From positions 242,826 through 306,825 of the forward strand of contig NW_014577079.1 of NCBI RefSeq assembly GCF_000485595.1: a DNA stretch of 64,000 nucleotides, in the 5' to 3' direction. The position numbers and the translations under genes were made by a program. Positions within the stretch are counted from its first letter, which is position 1. Each line of letters begins with the position of its first letter. The DNA comes from Priapulus caudatus. Taxonomy: Eukaryota. Of the stretch, positions 63,983 through 64,000 are shown in pieces. The notes beneath the pieces were generated by a model that did not search any database, was not told where the DNA came from, and saw nothing but the letters and a program-made list of their open reading frames with translations.

Positions 63983-64000
63983 TATGCATTTTGTACCCCG

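Overview
Intron-rich animal (invertebrate-like) genomic DNA. It has N-gaps, and stretches around 9.3-17 kb and 29.6-36.7 kb have scattered single-base indels like unpolished long-read sequence. I reconstructed three spliced genes by hand from GT-AG sites and reading-frame phase. (1) A PLD3/PLD4-family 5' exonuclease/phospholipase D on the + strand, with two HKD motifs, ending at 44199. (2) PRIMPOL on the - strand (54098->46714, 10 coding exons, 779 aa), with a large Cys-rich insertion in the catalytic domain. (3) CYB5RL on the + strand (57594->63982, 6 coding exons, 322 aa), head-to-head with PRIMPOL. An ~11 kb tandem duplication (about 14121-25187 and 25183-36293) copies two PLD3 exons, the transmembrane exon and the next one, in frame. 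Its junction lies inside a hAT element. Introns and intergenic DNA hold many non-autonomous DNA transposons with visible TIRs and TSDs. These include several families carrying (CCCTAA)n and a set of 33-119 bp CARGAG...CTCYTG palindromes with 7-8 bp AT...AT target duplications that resemble P-element excision footprints. I saw no rRNA, credible tRNA gene or CRISPR array. Gene names and element families come from motif recognition, not database searches.
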